Below, piece by piece: positions 9,860-18,254 of a DNA stretch of 26,256 nucleotides. The notes beneath the pieces are model-generated. The model was not told the origin of the DNA and searched no databases. It worked only from the letters and a program-made list of their open reading frames with translations. Positions within the stretch are counted from its first letter, which is position 1. Every line of letters starts with the position of its first letter. The position numbers and the translations under genes are program-made. This stretch comes from a virus (lineage: Duplodnaviria > Caudoviricetes): positions 1 through 26,256 of IMG/VR virus record IMGVR_UViG_3300022862_000025; one strand, given 5' to 3'.

Positions 9860-10020
9860 TATTAAATAGTGGAATGTGATTAATTTAAATTATGAGTTAC
9901 ACCTTGTCAGTCGTTCGAGCGTTTCTTTGATTGACGCTTCGGTGATCGTCCACTTACGTGGATTTCCCCCGATATTCGGTGTTCAATATAATGTCGCCAT
10001 TATAAGGGGCTATTATGTTA
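9860..10020 (-). ncRNA. Group I intron 5' catalytic core (P1-P6, 5' strands of P7 and P8)
   Basis: P2 UAUAAUG-GCGA-CAUUAUA (9987-10004). P3 ACACC/GGUGU. P5 UCCAC-GUAA-GUGGA. P6 GCGU..ACGC. P7 5' strand GACUG (9908-9912). P8 5' strand UAACUCAUAAU (9889-9899). Confidence 0.88.
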
Positions 10021-11127
10021 ACCTACAACGTTTCCTGATTCACGAGTTGCTGCACCTATAGCAGTAGTGTAACCAACAAGTTCTTCCATACTTACGCCAT
10101 ACGCCTTGGCGGACTGTGCCGCACGACCCATCGATAATGCTAGGTCTTTAGTAGTGATTGAAAAGTTGTTGTCTACCTCATTTAAAGCATCTGCAATTCT
10201 AATTGAATCTTCCGCAGCAACGTTGAATGCCAATTGCCCAGCGACCAAAGTATCTACAGACTCTTTAGCGTTTAAATCTGATATATTAGTAAACATTTGT
10301 GCAGTGTTAGTTAAATCTAATGAGTCAGAAGCATTATATCCCATACGAGCAAACTCATTCAGTATTTCAAGATATTCAGTAGTGACGCCTGATAATTCTC
10401 GCACATTTACTAAAGACTTTTCTATCATCTCATTGAACTGGTACTCAGGAGCATTCATGACTCTGGCTAAACCTATGAGAGCGCTGTCTAATTCGATTGT
10501 ACGCTCAGTCATATCTTGAATACCACGAATAGGGGCATAAAATGCTGTAGATGCTAACATCCAGATTGGAAATTTTGTAAAAGCAGTAGAGAAGGCGTTG
10601 CCTAATTCGTTAGTTGACTTGGATGCATCCCTAGCATCAATATTAAGTCGTTTAATACTTTCACGTAATGCATTAATTTCTCTTTGATTTTGCTTCAAAG
10701 ATGCAGGATTCATTACTTGAATATTCTTCAACTTATCAATTTCTGATTTTAATTCAGCAACTTTAGACTTATCCATTGCTCTAGGTAACATTTTTTCTAT
10801 ACGATACAATTCAGTACTTAATTTACCTAGTGAAGCAACTTGTTTATCGTACATATCAGTGACTTTAGATGTTTCACTAGATGCTGATTTATTACTTCCA
10901 GTGCTTGAAAGTTGATTCTTTAGCTTGGACACTTGCTTCTGTAATTCTTCAATATCCTTACTTGATGCTTTTAATCCACTAGAGTCTATCCCTACTGAAA
11001 TTAATAATGGATTTTTATCATAATACTTTTTCAACGCTTGTACGTATTGATCAATATTTTGTTGTGACCTACCTCTATTGACATCTAAACTCATTAAGAG
11101 TTCAATAGGGTTACTTGTCATAGACAT
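10021..11127 (-). CDS. Tail tape measure protein, exon 1 (N-terminal coiled coil and start of the TP901-type TMP domain)
   Basis: AAGGAGG RBS. TMP motifs EFARMGY, IADALNEVDNNF and ELVGYTTAIGAATRESGNVVG. The TAA at 10018-10020 is the first three bases of the intron. Confidence 0.9.
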
Positions 11128-11160
11128 TTATTATTCCTCCTTATTATATTTTTAGGGTAA

Positions 11161-11187
11161 ATAAAAAACACCATAAGAAGATGGTGT
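11161..11187 (-). terminator. Intrinsic terminator directly upstream of the tape measure gene
   Basis: ACACCAT-CTTCTT-ATGGTGT followed by TTTTTAT. Confidence 0.75.
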
Positions 11188-11208
11188 GAAAATGATTAAA
11201 CTATGTAT

Positions 11209-11733
11209 TTAATTTAATTTATTCAACACTTTTTCTTTTAATGCTTTGGTCTGCACTTGTGACTCAATAGTTTGTTTATGTAAATCTAATTCTTTCTTGT
11301 ATAGCATTGCTAATTCTTTCGTTTTCTTAAGTTGGTTAAATACTTTTTCTACTTCCTCAAGTGAAAATAAATCTTCAAGGAAAAACTCAAAGTGCCCGTT
11401 ATCATAGAGTTCATACATATAGTCAATATTGTTTTCGATTGACAATTTAGATAAAGTGTCAAATAGGGAAGTAAAGTATTTGATAATTAAATAACCAGTA
11501 TACTGGTCAACATGAGCATCATTTGTTAAGTATTCCATTTTATTATCTTTACAATATTGAATAGTTTCAATCAATTCCACAACTAATTTATCTTTTTTAA
11601 TTTGACTAAATTTAGGGAAGTAGGTGATACTGTGACCTTTTTCTTCGTTGAAGTGATAAACCTCTTCTCTATTAACATTTTCTGCTCGTTGCGTAAAGAA
11701 TGATGGGTCAACCGTGTTAATTTTATTAGACAT
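11209..11733 (-). CDS. Hypothetical phage protein (positional candidate for a tail assembly chaperone)
   Basis: 174 aa with an AAGGAGA RBS. No motif recognised; lies just before the tape measure gene. Confidence 0.6.
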   Translation of the reverse strand: MSNKINTVDPSFFTQRAENVNREEVYHFNEEKGHSITYFPKFSQIKKDKLVVELIETIQYCKDNKMEYLTNDAHVDQYTGYLIIKYFTSLFDTLSKLSIENNIDYMYELYDNGHFEFFLEDLFSLEEVEKVFNQLKKTKELAMLYKKELDLHKQTIESQVQTKALKEKVLNKLN

Positions 11734-11768
11734 ATTAAAATCTCCTTTTATGTATTTATTTAATTAAA

Positions 11769-11799
11769 ATAAAAAAGTCTAAGTATATAACTTAGACTT
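11769..11799 (-). terminator. Intrinsic terminator after the lipoprotein gene
   Basis: AAGTCTAAGT-TATAT-ACTTAGACTT followed by TTTTAT. Confidence 0.75.
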
Positions 11800-11814
11800 A
11801 ATTGTATTCTATAC

Positions 11815-12342
11815 CTATTTTATTAATTCGTATCTTCTCACCACTGCCATATTGCCTTGACCTTGTATATAGCCTTTTTTAGGTATGAACGCTGCTAGTC
11901 TCATATTAACATTCGTAGTTAATAATGATTTGTACATACTATCAAATGACTCTCTATGGAAATACAAATACCATGAATCAGAATATCCTCTATCAAGAGG
12001 AGTTAATTGTACACAAAAATAAGATTTTTCATTAGTATAGCCATAATTATAATAATCACATAATTCAGCAGTTCCACTTAAGAAGAAATCCGTGTTTAAA
12101 TTATTTACTAAATCATACTGAACTTCTTTTCCTGTTAAACTAAGATTGTATTTTTCCATAAACTTTTCATCTTCGCTTAATTCTGGTTCGACTGGTTCAA
12201 CATATTCAGTAGCAGTTTGCTTCAATGGATCTAATTCTTCTTGATCATTACTAGCAGTTACCTTTTCATCACTTTCTTTTCCACATGCAGACAATAGGAA
12301 AGCAAAACAAAATAATACAATCCACAATCTGTTAAATTTCAT
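11815..12342 (-). CDS. Lipoprotein of unknown function (moron)
   Basis: Signal peptide MKFNRLWIVLFCFAFLLSAC with lipobox LSAC, then an acidic linker. AAGGAGG RBS and own terminator. Confidence 0.8.
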   Translation of the reverse strand: MKFNRLWIVLFCFAFLLSACGKESDEKVTASNDQEELDPLKQTATEYVEPVEPELSEDEKFMEKYNLSLTGKEVQYDLVNNLNTDFFLSGTAELCDYYNYGYTNEKSYFCVQLTPLDRGYSDSWYLYFHRESFDSMYKSLLTTNVNMRLAAFIPKKGYIQGQGNMAVVRRYELIK

Positions 12343-12418
12343 AATTAAACCTCCTTAAATACAAAAATATGTAATCTAAGGATAGCATAATTATGAAATT
12401 TATGATATATCTAACGTT

Positions 12419-12631
12419 TTACTCATTTTTAAAGTCAATAAGCTGTGCAATGTCATCTATTTCTAATACTTCCGCAATTCTAGCCAAGTGTACTCTGTTC
12501 ATTGCTGTTTTATTATTAGTACTGATTTCACTTATAGTAGCTCTTCTTATGCCTGTCATTTCTGATAATTGTTCCTGTGTTAAATTTTTATCCTTTAGAA
12601 TTTCTTTAAGTTTAACCTCTATAGACTTCAT
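12419..12631 (-). CDS. XRE/Cro-like HTH transcriptional regulator
   Basis: LKEILKDKNLTQEQLSEMTGIRRATISEI is a helix-turn-helix. The ATG at 12631 (MKSIEV) has a GGAG/GGTG SD upstream and is preferred over 12652. Confidence 0.85.
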   Translation of the reverse strand: MKSIEVKLKEILKDKNLTQEQLSEMTGIRRATISEISTNNKTAMNRVHLARIAEVLEIDDIAQLIDFKNE

Positions 12632-12681
12632 AGAACACCATTCTCCATTCATGTTTCATTTATTATATTATATCGTTTTTC

Positions 12682-12764
12682 CGTAAAAACGTACAGAAAA
12701 ATGTTGACACTAATTTTCATTACATGCTACATTGTTAATGTACTAAAATACGTACAAACGTACA
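12682..12764. promoter_or_regulatory. Candidate operator pair CGTA(A/C)AAACGTACA (12682-12695 and 12751-12764)
   Basis: 13/14-identical direct repeat flanking the promoter in the divergent region between the HTH and orphan genes. Confidence 0.5.
12704..12733 (+). promoter_or_regulatory. SigA-type promoter for the 12803 gene
   Basis: TTGACA (12704-12709), 18 nt spacer, TACATT (12728-12733) with a TGn extension. Confidence 0.65.
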
Positions 12765-12802
12765 AAATGAATAAATTACACAAAAGAAGAGGAGAATGAA
12801 AA

Positions 12803-13243
12803 ATGAACACATTAATCGTATCAATCAAACTTATCGCAAAAGGTAATATTCCATCACAAGTTGAGCTAATGGGTAAGCCAATCTATGAGAATGGTAAAAT
12901 TAAAACGTTTGAAGTAATTTACCAAGAATACAATTATGATGAAGATAACTGTCTAGATTTCAGCATCGAAAACTTTAACATGTCAGCAAATTGCATCCAA
13001 GAATCTACATACAAATTCACCAATTATTTCACCTTCAACGTAATAAAGGAGGGGATAGCTGAATTTGATTTATGCGTATTAGTTGAAAATGTGCATGACG
13101 ATTTAATCAATGACATCGATAATTTATTTACTCCTGATAATATTACAATTCCAAACTTCACATTCAAGGATGATTGCTATTTCTTTGAATTGGACATACA
13201 AGTTGTTGAAATAGTTAAAGCTGAAGTAATTGATATTTATTAA
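12803..13243 (+). CDS. Acidic hypothetical protein
   Basis: 146 aa with a GAGGAG RBS, own promoter and terminator. The only credible plus-strand gene in the window. Confidence 0.75.
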   Translation: MNTLIVSIKLIAKGNIPSQVELMGKPIYENGKIKTFEVIYQEYNYDEDNCLDFSIENFNMSANCIQESTYKFTNYFTFNVIKEGIAEFDLCVLVENVHDDLINDIDNLFTPDNITIPNFTFKDDCYFFELDIQVVEIVKAEVIDIY

Positions 13244-13254
13244 TTTTAATAGGG

Positions 13255-13287
13255 AAGGTGAGAGTTGATTTTCTCACCTTTTTGTTT
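13255..13287 (+). terminator. Intrinsic terminator after the 12803 gene
   Basis: AAGGTGAGAG-TTGATT-TTCTCACCTT followed by TTTGTTT. Confidence 0.8.
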
Positions 13288-13318
13288 ATGTATTTAGTTT
13301 GCTAATTATGTGTAAGTA

Positions 13319-14107
13319 TTATGCTATTTCTTTTTGTTCGTCTTGTTCAATCATCGGAAGTACATCATTTTGCTTTAGGATATCATATAAAAATAGTCTT
13401 CATTTTTGTGTCCATTTAGTACTAATTCTTGTTTTATCTTCATCATATGTATAAGTTTCGGTTTTAGTATATCCTTTATCATGATACTTAGAATATAAGA
13501 ACCATACTTTACCTTGCTTATACTGAATACCTAGACCATGTAACAGTTGATTAAATTTATTAGCACTCATACCATAGTCTTTAGAAATCTCGGTAACTGT
13601 CATAGCAGAAGGTGACTTCAGTACAACATCATAATAAGATACTTTAGGTTTCATTTCACCAATTTGTTGTTTAAAAGTACTGTTTTGAAGTTGTAATTGT
13701 TGCTTCTCACGCTGTTCCTCAATCCACTTCTCAGCACGTTGAATAGGATCATCAATCATATATGAAGCTATTTGAACTTGAGATTTCAATGCATTCTCCA
13801 TCTCTTCAAACCTTGTAACATATGTAGCAGTAAACAAAATTCCTTTTTCGCCAGTCATCTTATTAGCAACCATGTCACATCCTTTGCGAGTGAGAAGGAA
13901 GCAAGGCATTTCTTTGTTTTGGCTATTATAATACTTATGTTGAATGAAGAAATTAGCACTCCCGAAATCTTGGGAGTCCAAAACACCAGAGTATCTTTTG
14001 ATATCAGCAAGTAGATGGTCGTGTCGCTTATTAACCATTTCTGCCACATCTCTACTATCTGTTACTAACTGTCCTTCATGATTAATTACTTGTAATTCCT
14101 TTACCAT
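13319..14107 (-). pseudogene. Rha-family/ANT (KilA-C) phage antirepressor with a premature TGA at 13400-13402
   Basis: N-terminal Rha domain DSRDVAEMVNKRH..LTRKGCDMVANKMTGEKG..YVTRFEEME. C-terminal ANT domain MKPKVSYYD..WTQK*RLFLYDILK continues in frame to TAA at 13319. The truncated ORF is 13400-14107. Confidence 0.75.
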
Positions 14108-14177
14108 TAAATCTCTCCTTCATATTATGTATTTTATTAATTAGTAGATGTGTTACATAAATCTTATCTACAATTAA

Positions 14178-14206
14178 ATAATAACAGGAGAGTGAAAATA
14201 ATTCAA
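14178..14206 (-). promoter_or_regulatory. SigA-type promoter for the antirepressor gene
   Basis: TTGAAT, 17 nt spacer, TATTAT with a TGn extended -10. Confidence 0.65.
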
Positions 14207-14298
14207 GAGTAAATTATGTATTTTGTTAAATAAAATTCTGATATCATATAAATAACTCAAGTAAACCCCTAAAAAGAGTAGGGGAGTAGTTCAGTTAT

Positions 14299-15327
14299 TT
14301 ATGTATTTGCTTCTTCTAATTTCTTTTTAGCTTTCTCTTCTTTTAACTTAGCGATCTTTTTACGAACATCAGCTTTAGATGCTGGCTTAATATATGATTG
14401 TCGAGTGGTCTCTACAGATTTATGATTACCCATTTCGGCTGCTAAAGCCAAGTCTCCAGTTGTTTCATAAATTTGATTCAGTGCAGTTTTACGAATGCTA
14501 TGCGAACGAAAGTCATCGATTCCAATAATTTCACCAAAACGTTTAATTCTCCATTGAATAGTCTCTTTAACCATTTGTCGATATTCACCATTATGTTTAG
14601 TTATAAATAATGCATCTACTTCAGAGTTATCCATTTCCTTACGCATCTCTAACCATTCTTCAATCAAAGACTTAGTATCTTCTTCGAATATTACTTCAAC
14701 TTTATATCCACGCTTTTCACGAATATCTTCAAATAACATTCCTTCTAAATCTAAAGATGATAAAGTTAACTTTGAAATAGCTCCGACACGATTGCAAGAT
14801 TGAATCATGATGTTCCAAATCAATCTATCTTGAATGTCATATTTTTTATCTTCAATTAAACCTTGTGAAATTTTATCAATTTCTTCTTGTGCTAAGTAAT
14901 GAGAAGTGATAATACTTTCCTCATTTGCACCTTTCATTCGTTCTAACTTGTTAGCAAAGGGATGCTTATCGATAAATTGCCTTTTCTCAGACCAATTGTA
15001 GAAGCTGGAAATAACAGAAAGCTTAGTATTGATTACTTTTTTATTATTACCTAGAGTTTCTTGGCAGAAACTAATGAATCCTTCCATAATATCTACAGCA
15101 TCATCTAAAAAGTCTTCATCGTACAGACTGATGTTATCACATTCTTCCATAAGGTAAACTAAAAACTGATTAAAATAGTTTTGATATACTTTATAAGTTG
15201 TATCTTTAACATCTCTGTTTTTCTGAATATTGCTCTTTAAATATTTTTCATACTGCTTAAAATTATCAGGATTCACTTTTCCTAATTTGTCTTTGGTGAA
15301 ATACCTAATTTTTGTGATCTTACTCAA
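14299..15327 (-). CDS. Tyrosine recombinase (YomM-like)
   Basis: 342 aa, TTG start with an AAGGAGA RBS. SAM-like N-domain. Catalytic set R (CNRVGA), K (EKRG), HxxR (HSIR), H (GNHK) and Y (RQSY). Position matches SPbeta yomM as recalled. Confidence 0.9.
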   Translation of the reverse strand: MSKITKIRYFTKDKLGKVNPDNFKQYEKYLKSNIQKNRDVKDTTYKVYQNYFNQFLVYLMEECDNISLYDEDFLDDAVDIMEGFISFCQETLGNNKKVINTKLSVISSFYNWSEKRQFIDKHPFANKLERMKGANEESIITSHYLAQEEIDKISQGLIEDKKYDIQDRLIWNIMIQSCNRVGAISKLTLSSLDLEGMLFEDIREKRGYKVEVIFEEDTKSLIEEWLEMRKEMDNSEVDALFITKHNGEYRQMVKETIQWRIKRFGEIIGIDDFRSHSIRKTALNQIYETTGDLALAAEMGNHKSVETTRQSYIKPASKADVRKKIAKLKEEKAKKKLEEANT

Positions 15328-15371
15328 TTTAACATTCTCCTTTCAAAAGAATGAAATAAAAAGACTTGAAG

Positions 15372-15878
15372 CTAACGAACTTCAAATCCAAGTTTCTTGT
15401 ATGCGTTCTTTATAGCTTCAATTAAATATGTAGGATTAGCTTCAATTCGTCTAATTGTTTCTTGTACAAATGGTCTAGCTTCATTCCACTTACCTTGCCT
15501 ATACCAATTATCACCATTAAAATCTCCATCATTGATTACATCAGTGATAAATTGTCCATTTAGACTATCAATAGGTTGTTCATAAATAGGAGTGTAGTGA
15601 GTTTGACCTTTTGTTAAATTTTCAAATAGAATTCTCACTGTACCGTTTTTAACTTCAACTTTAGTGATTTTCATATTACGAACATCTGACAAACCGCCAT
15701 CATTCCGTCTACGTTTATATTCAACTGGTATGTATTTTCCATAAACTACATCATAAACTGATTGTGACATTGTTTTAGCTAATACTGATTCAATCCTCTT
15801 ATCACTAAATACCTGTTTAGCATTACGTTCTAAATAGCGTTGTATCTGATTTAAGTCTTTAAATTGTATTTTAGACAT
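15372..15878 (-). CDS. Hypothetical virion morphogenesis protein (possibly HK97 gp10-like)
   Basis: Motifs VYGKYIPVEYKRR..GGL and ARPF near the C-terminus. Start at 15878 (MSKIQ) preferred because of the upstream GGAG. Confidence 0.55.
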   Translation of the reverse strand: MSKIQFKDLNQIQRYLERNAKQVFSDKRIESVLAKTMSQSVYDVVYGKYIPVEYKRRRNDGGLSDVRNMKITKVEVKNGTVRILFENLTKGQTHYTPIYEQPIDSLNGQFITDVINDGDFNGDNWYRQGKWNEARPFVQETIRRIEANPTYLIEAIKNAYKKLGFEVR

Positions 15879-15894
15879 AATAATCTCCATTGAT

Positions 15895-15927
15895 AATAAA
15901 AAGAGAGTAGGGGAGTTAACCCTACTC
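15895..15927 (-). terminator. Intrinsic terminator after the tail tube gene
   Basis: GAGTAGGG-TTAACTC-CCCTACTC followed by TCTTTTTATT. Confidence 0.75.
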
Positions 15928-15947
15928 GTTATTATGTATTTATTTAA

Positions 15948-16919
15948 TTAAGCTACTACAACTTCAATAACATCAGTGTAAGTACCGTCAGATACTTTAA
16001 CATTTGTTTCACCTACAGCTACAGCAGTAATCTCTCCGTTAACAAAAGTAGCAATTGCTGCATCATCAGTGTCAAAAGTAAGCGTTGTATTGTCCATTAA
16101 AACATTACTATAACCACCGCCACGAATACCATAAGTGATAACCTTTTGTTTTTCACCAACTGCTAACGTAGCTTCAGAAACATCAGTTGCTAACATTGAC
16201 ACCTTGATACTTGTGCCATTTACAGGTAACCATTTGATATAAGCATAATTATCATCATTGTCAACTAAAGTCTTACCATTTAATGTGAATTGAGATACAC
16301 CATCATGAGTAAGATTAAGTGATAATGCGCCATCAAGTTTATAACGAGGAGCTTCAATTTGTTGTTCATATGCTTTGTCACCATCAGAATTGAAGATATC
16401 TGAAGTCAATACTAATTTATATGATTTAGGGAAATCGTTAGCCGAGATTGTTAATTCGTCAACTTGAGCACTATATTGATATGCTACCTTTAATTCCTTA
16501 TTAGCATATGCAATATCTGTAATGTCTTTACCTGTTGGAGCTTTTGTAACATGATTAGCTGCTAATTCAACATAAACATTACCAATTGGTGTTTGAGAAA
16601 GTGATCCTTTGCCAGATGCATCAAACTTAACTTTTTCTTCTGTGAAATATGAGCTCATTTTATTTTTAATTTCTGAACCAGTTTGTAATGCTAAATATAC
16701 AGGGGAAAAATCAGCGGCTTCAATTTGGAAAGTTAAAACTTTTTGGTAGTTGTATACGAACTGAAGTTTAGAACCTCGTCCTGCAAATAGTTCATTTTCT
16801 TGCATAGTTTGTTCCATAGTAGAACTTAAAAGTGCAGTACCTTTAACAACTAATGTATCATTAGATGTGTCAATTAATAAGGCGTCTGCTACTGATACTG
16901 CAAACAATTTTTCTGTCAT
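15948..16919 (-). CDS. Major tail (tube) protein with a C-terminal Ig-like (Big_2) domain
   Basis: 323 aa, beta-rich. C-terminus TLAVGEK..DDAAIATFVNGEITAVAVGETNVKVS is Big_2-like. Followed by a terminator. Confidence 0.75.
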   Translation of the reverse strand: MTEKLFAVSVADALLIDTSNDTLVVKGTALLSSTMEQTMQENELFAGRGSKLQFVYNYQKVLTFQIEAADFSPVYLALQTGSEIKNKMSSYFTEEKVKFDASGKGSLSQTPIGNVYVELAANHVTKAPTGKDITDIAYANKELKVAYQYSAQVDELTISANDFPKSYKLVLTSDIFNSDGDKAYEQQIEAPRYKLDGALSLNLTHDGVSQFTLNGKTLVDNDDNYAYIKWLPVNGTSIKVSMLATDVSEATLAVGEKQKVITYGIRGGGYSNVLMDNTTLTFDTDDAAIATFVNGEITAVAVGETNVKVSDGTYTDVIEVVVA

Positions 16920-16953
16920 TATAAAATAACCTCTTTCTTAATTATGTATTTTT

Positions 16954-17712
16954 TTATTTATTTACTAAACCATTCTTTTTACTGATTTGATCTAGTTGTT
17001 CCTTAGTTAATACTAAATCATCATCAGATGACTTATCTTTAATATGATCCAACCAGTGAGGGATAGTTGTCCCTTCTTTAAATGAAACCATACCGCTGTA
17101 TTGTGCGTTCTGTAATATATCAGCGGACTTAATTAAATCAATTCTTTCAATCTCTTTTCTGAATTGATATATTGTTAAATTTCTTATTTCATCATAAGAT
17201 AGTTTTTGAACACATCTATAAGCAAAAATTTGCTGTTCTAAATCTGCCATACGTCCATTTTTTTTCGATAGGTGTACCTTAGCATCTGCTTTTGCTTTAT
17301 CAAAATCACTACCTAATGAATCGTCTTTAGTTTCTATTAAATTTTGAATACCTATAATCTCACGAAACTTATCAAAATCTCGTTCATGTATTGAATATTT
17401 ATCATCTATAGAAATAACAATTTTATTCTTTTCATCTAAGTAGAATCCAATGTCATTTCCTCTTGTTACTAACTCAATCAGCTTGATTAATTTATCAAGT
17501 AAATGTTCTGCCTCTGGATTTCGACTTACTGCAATTAGAAATGATAAATATGACATCTTAATAATTGCAGGATCACTCATAGAATTCTTTGGTATTATTA
17601 AGCAATTTGACGCTTCGTAAAAATCAATCATGTTCTCTACTTTTACAGGGTATATTGGTGTGTTTTTTATGTATTTAGGATTTCCCCATACGTTATCAAA
17701 ATCAATCTTCAT
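16954..17712 (-). CDS. Phage protein (YomV-like, possible tail assembly chaperone)
   Basis: 252 aa. Motif LSYDEIRNLTIYQF and C-terminal PHWL; assigned by synteny. Confidence 0.55.
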   Translation of the reverse strand: MKIDFDNVWGNPKYIKNTPIYPVKVENMIDFYEASNCLIIPKNSMSDPAIIKMSYLSFLIAVSRNPEAEHLLDKLIKLIELVTRGNDIGFYLDEKNKIVISIDDKYSIHERDFDKFREIIGIQNLIETKDDSLGSDFDKAKADAKVHLSKKNGRMADLEQQIFAYRCVQKLSYDEIRNLTIYQFRKEIERIDLIKSADILQNAQYSGMVSFKEGTTIPHWLDHIKDKSSDDDLVLTKEQLDQISKKNGLVNK

Positions 17713-18254
17713 TTATGTACTCTCTTAGGTGATTCTTGGAGTGAGGTAGCAGTATAAGCCATTTTGTAACCTATAAAACCTTTAGGAGTATTAGCAATGG
17801 GGGAACCAAATGCTAAAATAAAATCACCAACATCTGTGATAGGATTGAGAAGTAATAATTCATTTAATCTATCGCAAATCCAAGTCATACGAAAATCTAC
17901 TATATCAATATCCACATGTACATATACATCAAAATTGTAAACTTGGTCAGATGCATATGGATTATCCTGTAATCTTCCTGCAAATTTATTTTGACTTGTT
18001 TGAGGCTTACGAGTTCCTGTATAAAAACAAATACGAGACATCTTAGAGTCCAAAACTAAATCATAAGTTTTATCTGATGGAAGTAGTATTTTTGAAATAA
18101 TTGTATACTTATCATCTCTACTCAATATATCTTTCTTTGATTTATCTAAAGGGTTATCTAATGCGTTCTTAGGAACATAATGAAGAAGTCTTAGTAATTC
18201 TTCATCTTTAGATAATTCAATGTATATCTTTTCTAACGACTCTTTTAACTTCAT
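17709..18254 (-). CDS. Head-tail or tail-completion protein (YomW-like)
   Basis: 181 aa, ATGA overlap with the upstream gene. Lies between the head-closure and tail genes. Confidence 0.55.
   Translation of the reverse strand: MKLKESLEKIYIELSKDEELLRLLHYVPKNALDNPLDKSKKDILSRDDKYTIISKILLPSDKTYDLVLDSKMSRICFYTGTRKPQTSQNKFAGRLQDNPYASDQVYNFDVYVHVDIDIVDFRMTWICDRLNELLLLNPITDVGDFILAFGSPIANTPKGFIGYKMAYTATSLQESPKRVHK

Larger units (their letters stand above)
8157..9883. repeat. 24-bp inverted repeat (8157-8180 and 9860-9883) flanking the endonuclease cassette, extending P8
   Basis: ttaatcacattccactgtttaata and tattaaatagtggaatgtgattaa are 23/24 complementary. Confidence 0.9.
7999..10020 (-). mobile_element. 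Group I self-splicing intron (IA-like) with homing endonuclease in the P8 loop
   Basis: Exon 1 ends in U (GGU) with a U.G wobble in P1 (GGU|UA pairing UAGCC). The intron ends in G (GUG|AAC). P2, P3, P5, P6, P7, P8 and P9 helices are identifiable. Splicing restores TRESGNVVG-NSLKTIFSRI in frame. Confidence 0.93.

Noticed and set aside
8157-9883. IS element or IStron suggested by the terminal inverted repeats
   Set aside because: No transposase or TnpB motifs in the ORF and no target duplication seen. The repeat is better explained as a P8 extension.
7250-10300. Apparently higher GC in exon sequence flanking the intron (possible homing co-conversion tract)
   Set aside because: An impression only, not quantified, and explicable by Ala/Gly-rich coding. 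It needs alignment to intron-less relatives.
11128-11733. Programmed frameshift G/GT tail chaperone pair before the TMP
   Set aside because: No second overlapping ORF; the gene ends and is followed by a terminator.
13400-13402. Genome-wide TGA recoding
   Set aside because: TGA acts as a normal stop at 8219, 18251 and 19163, and no other gene shows an internal TGA.
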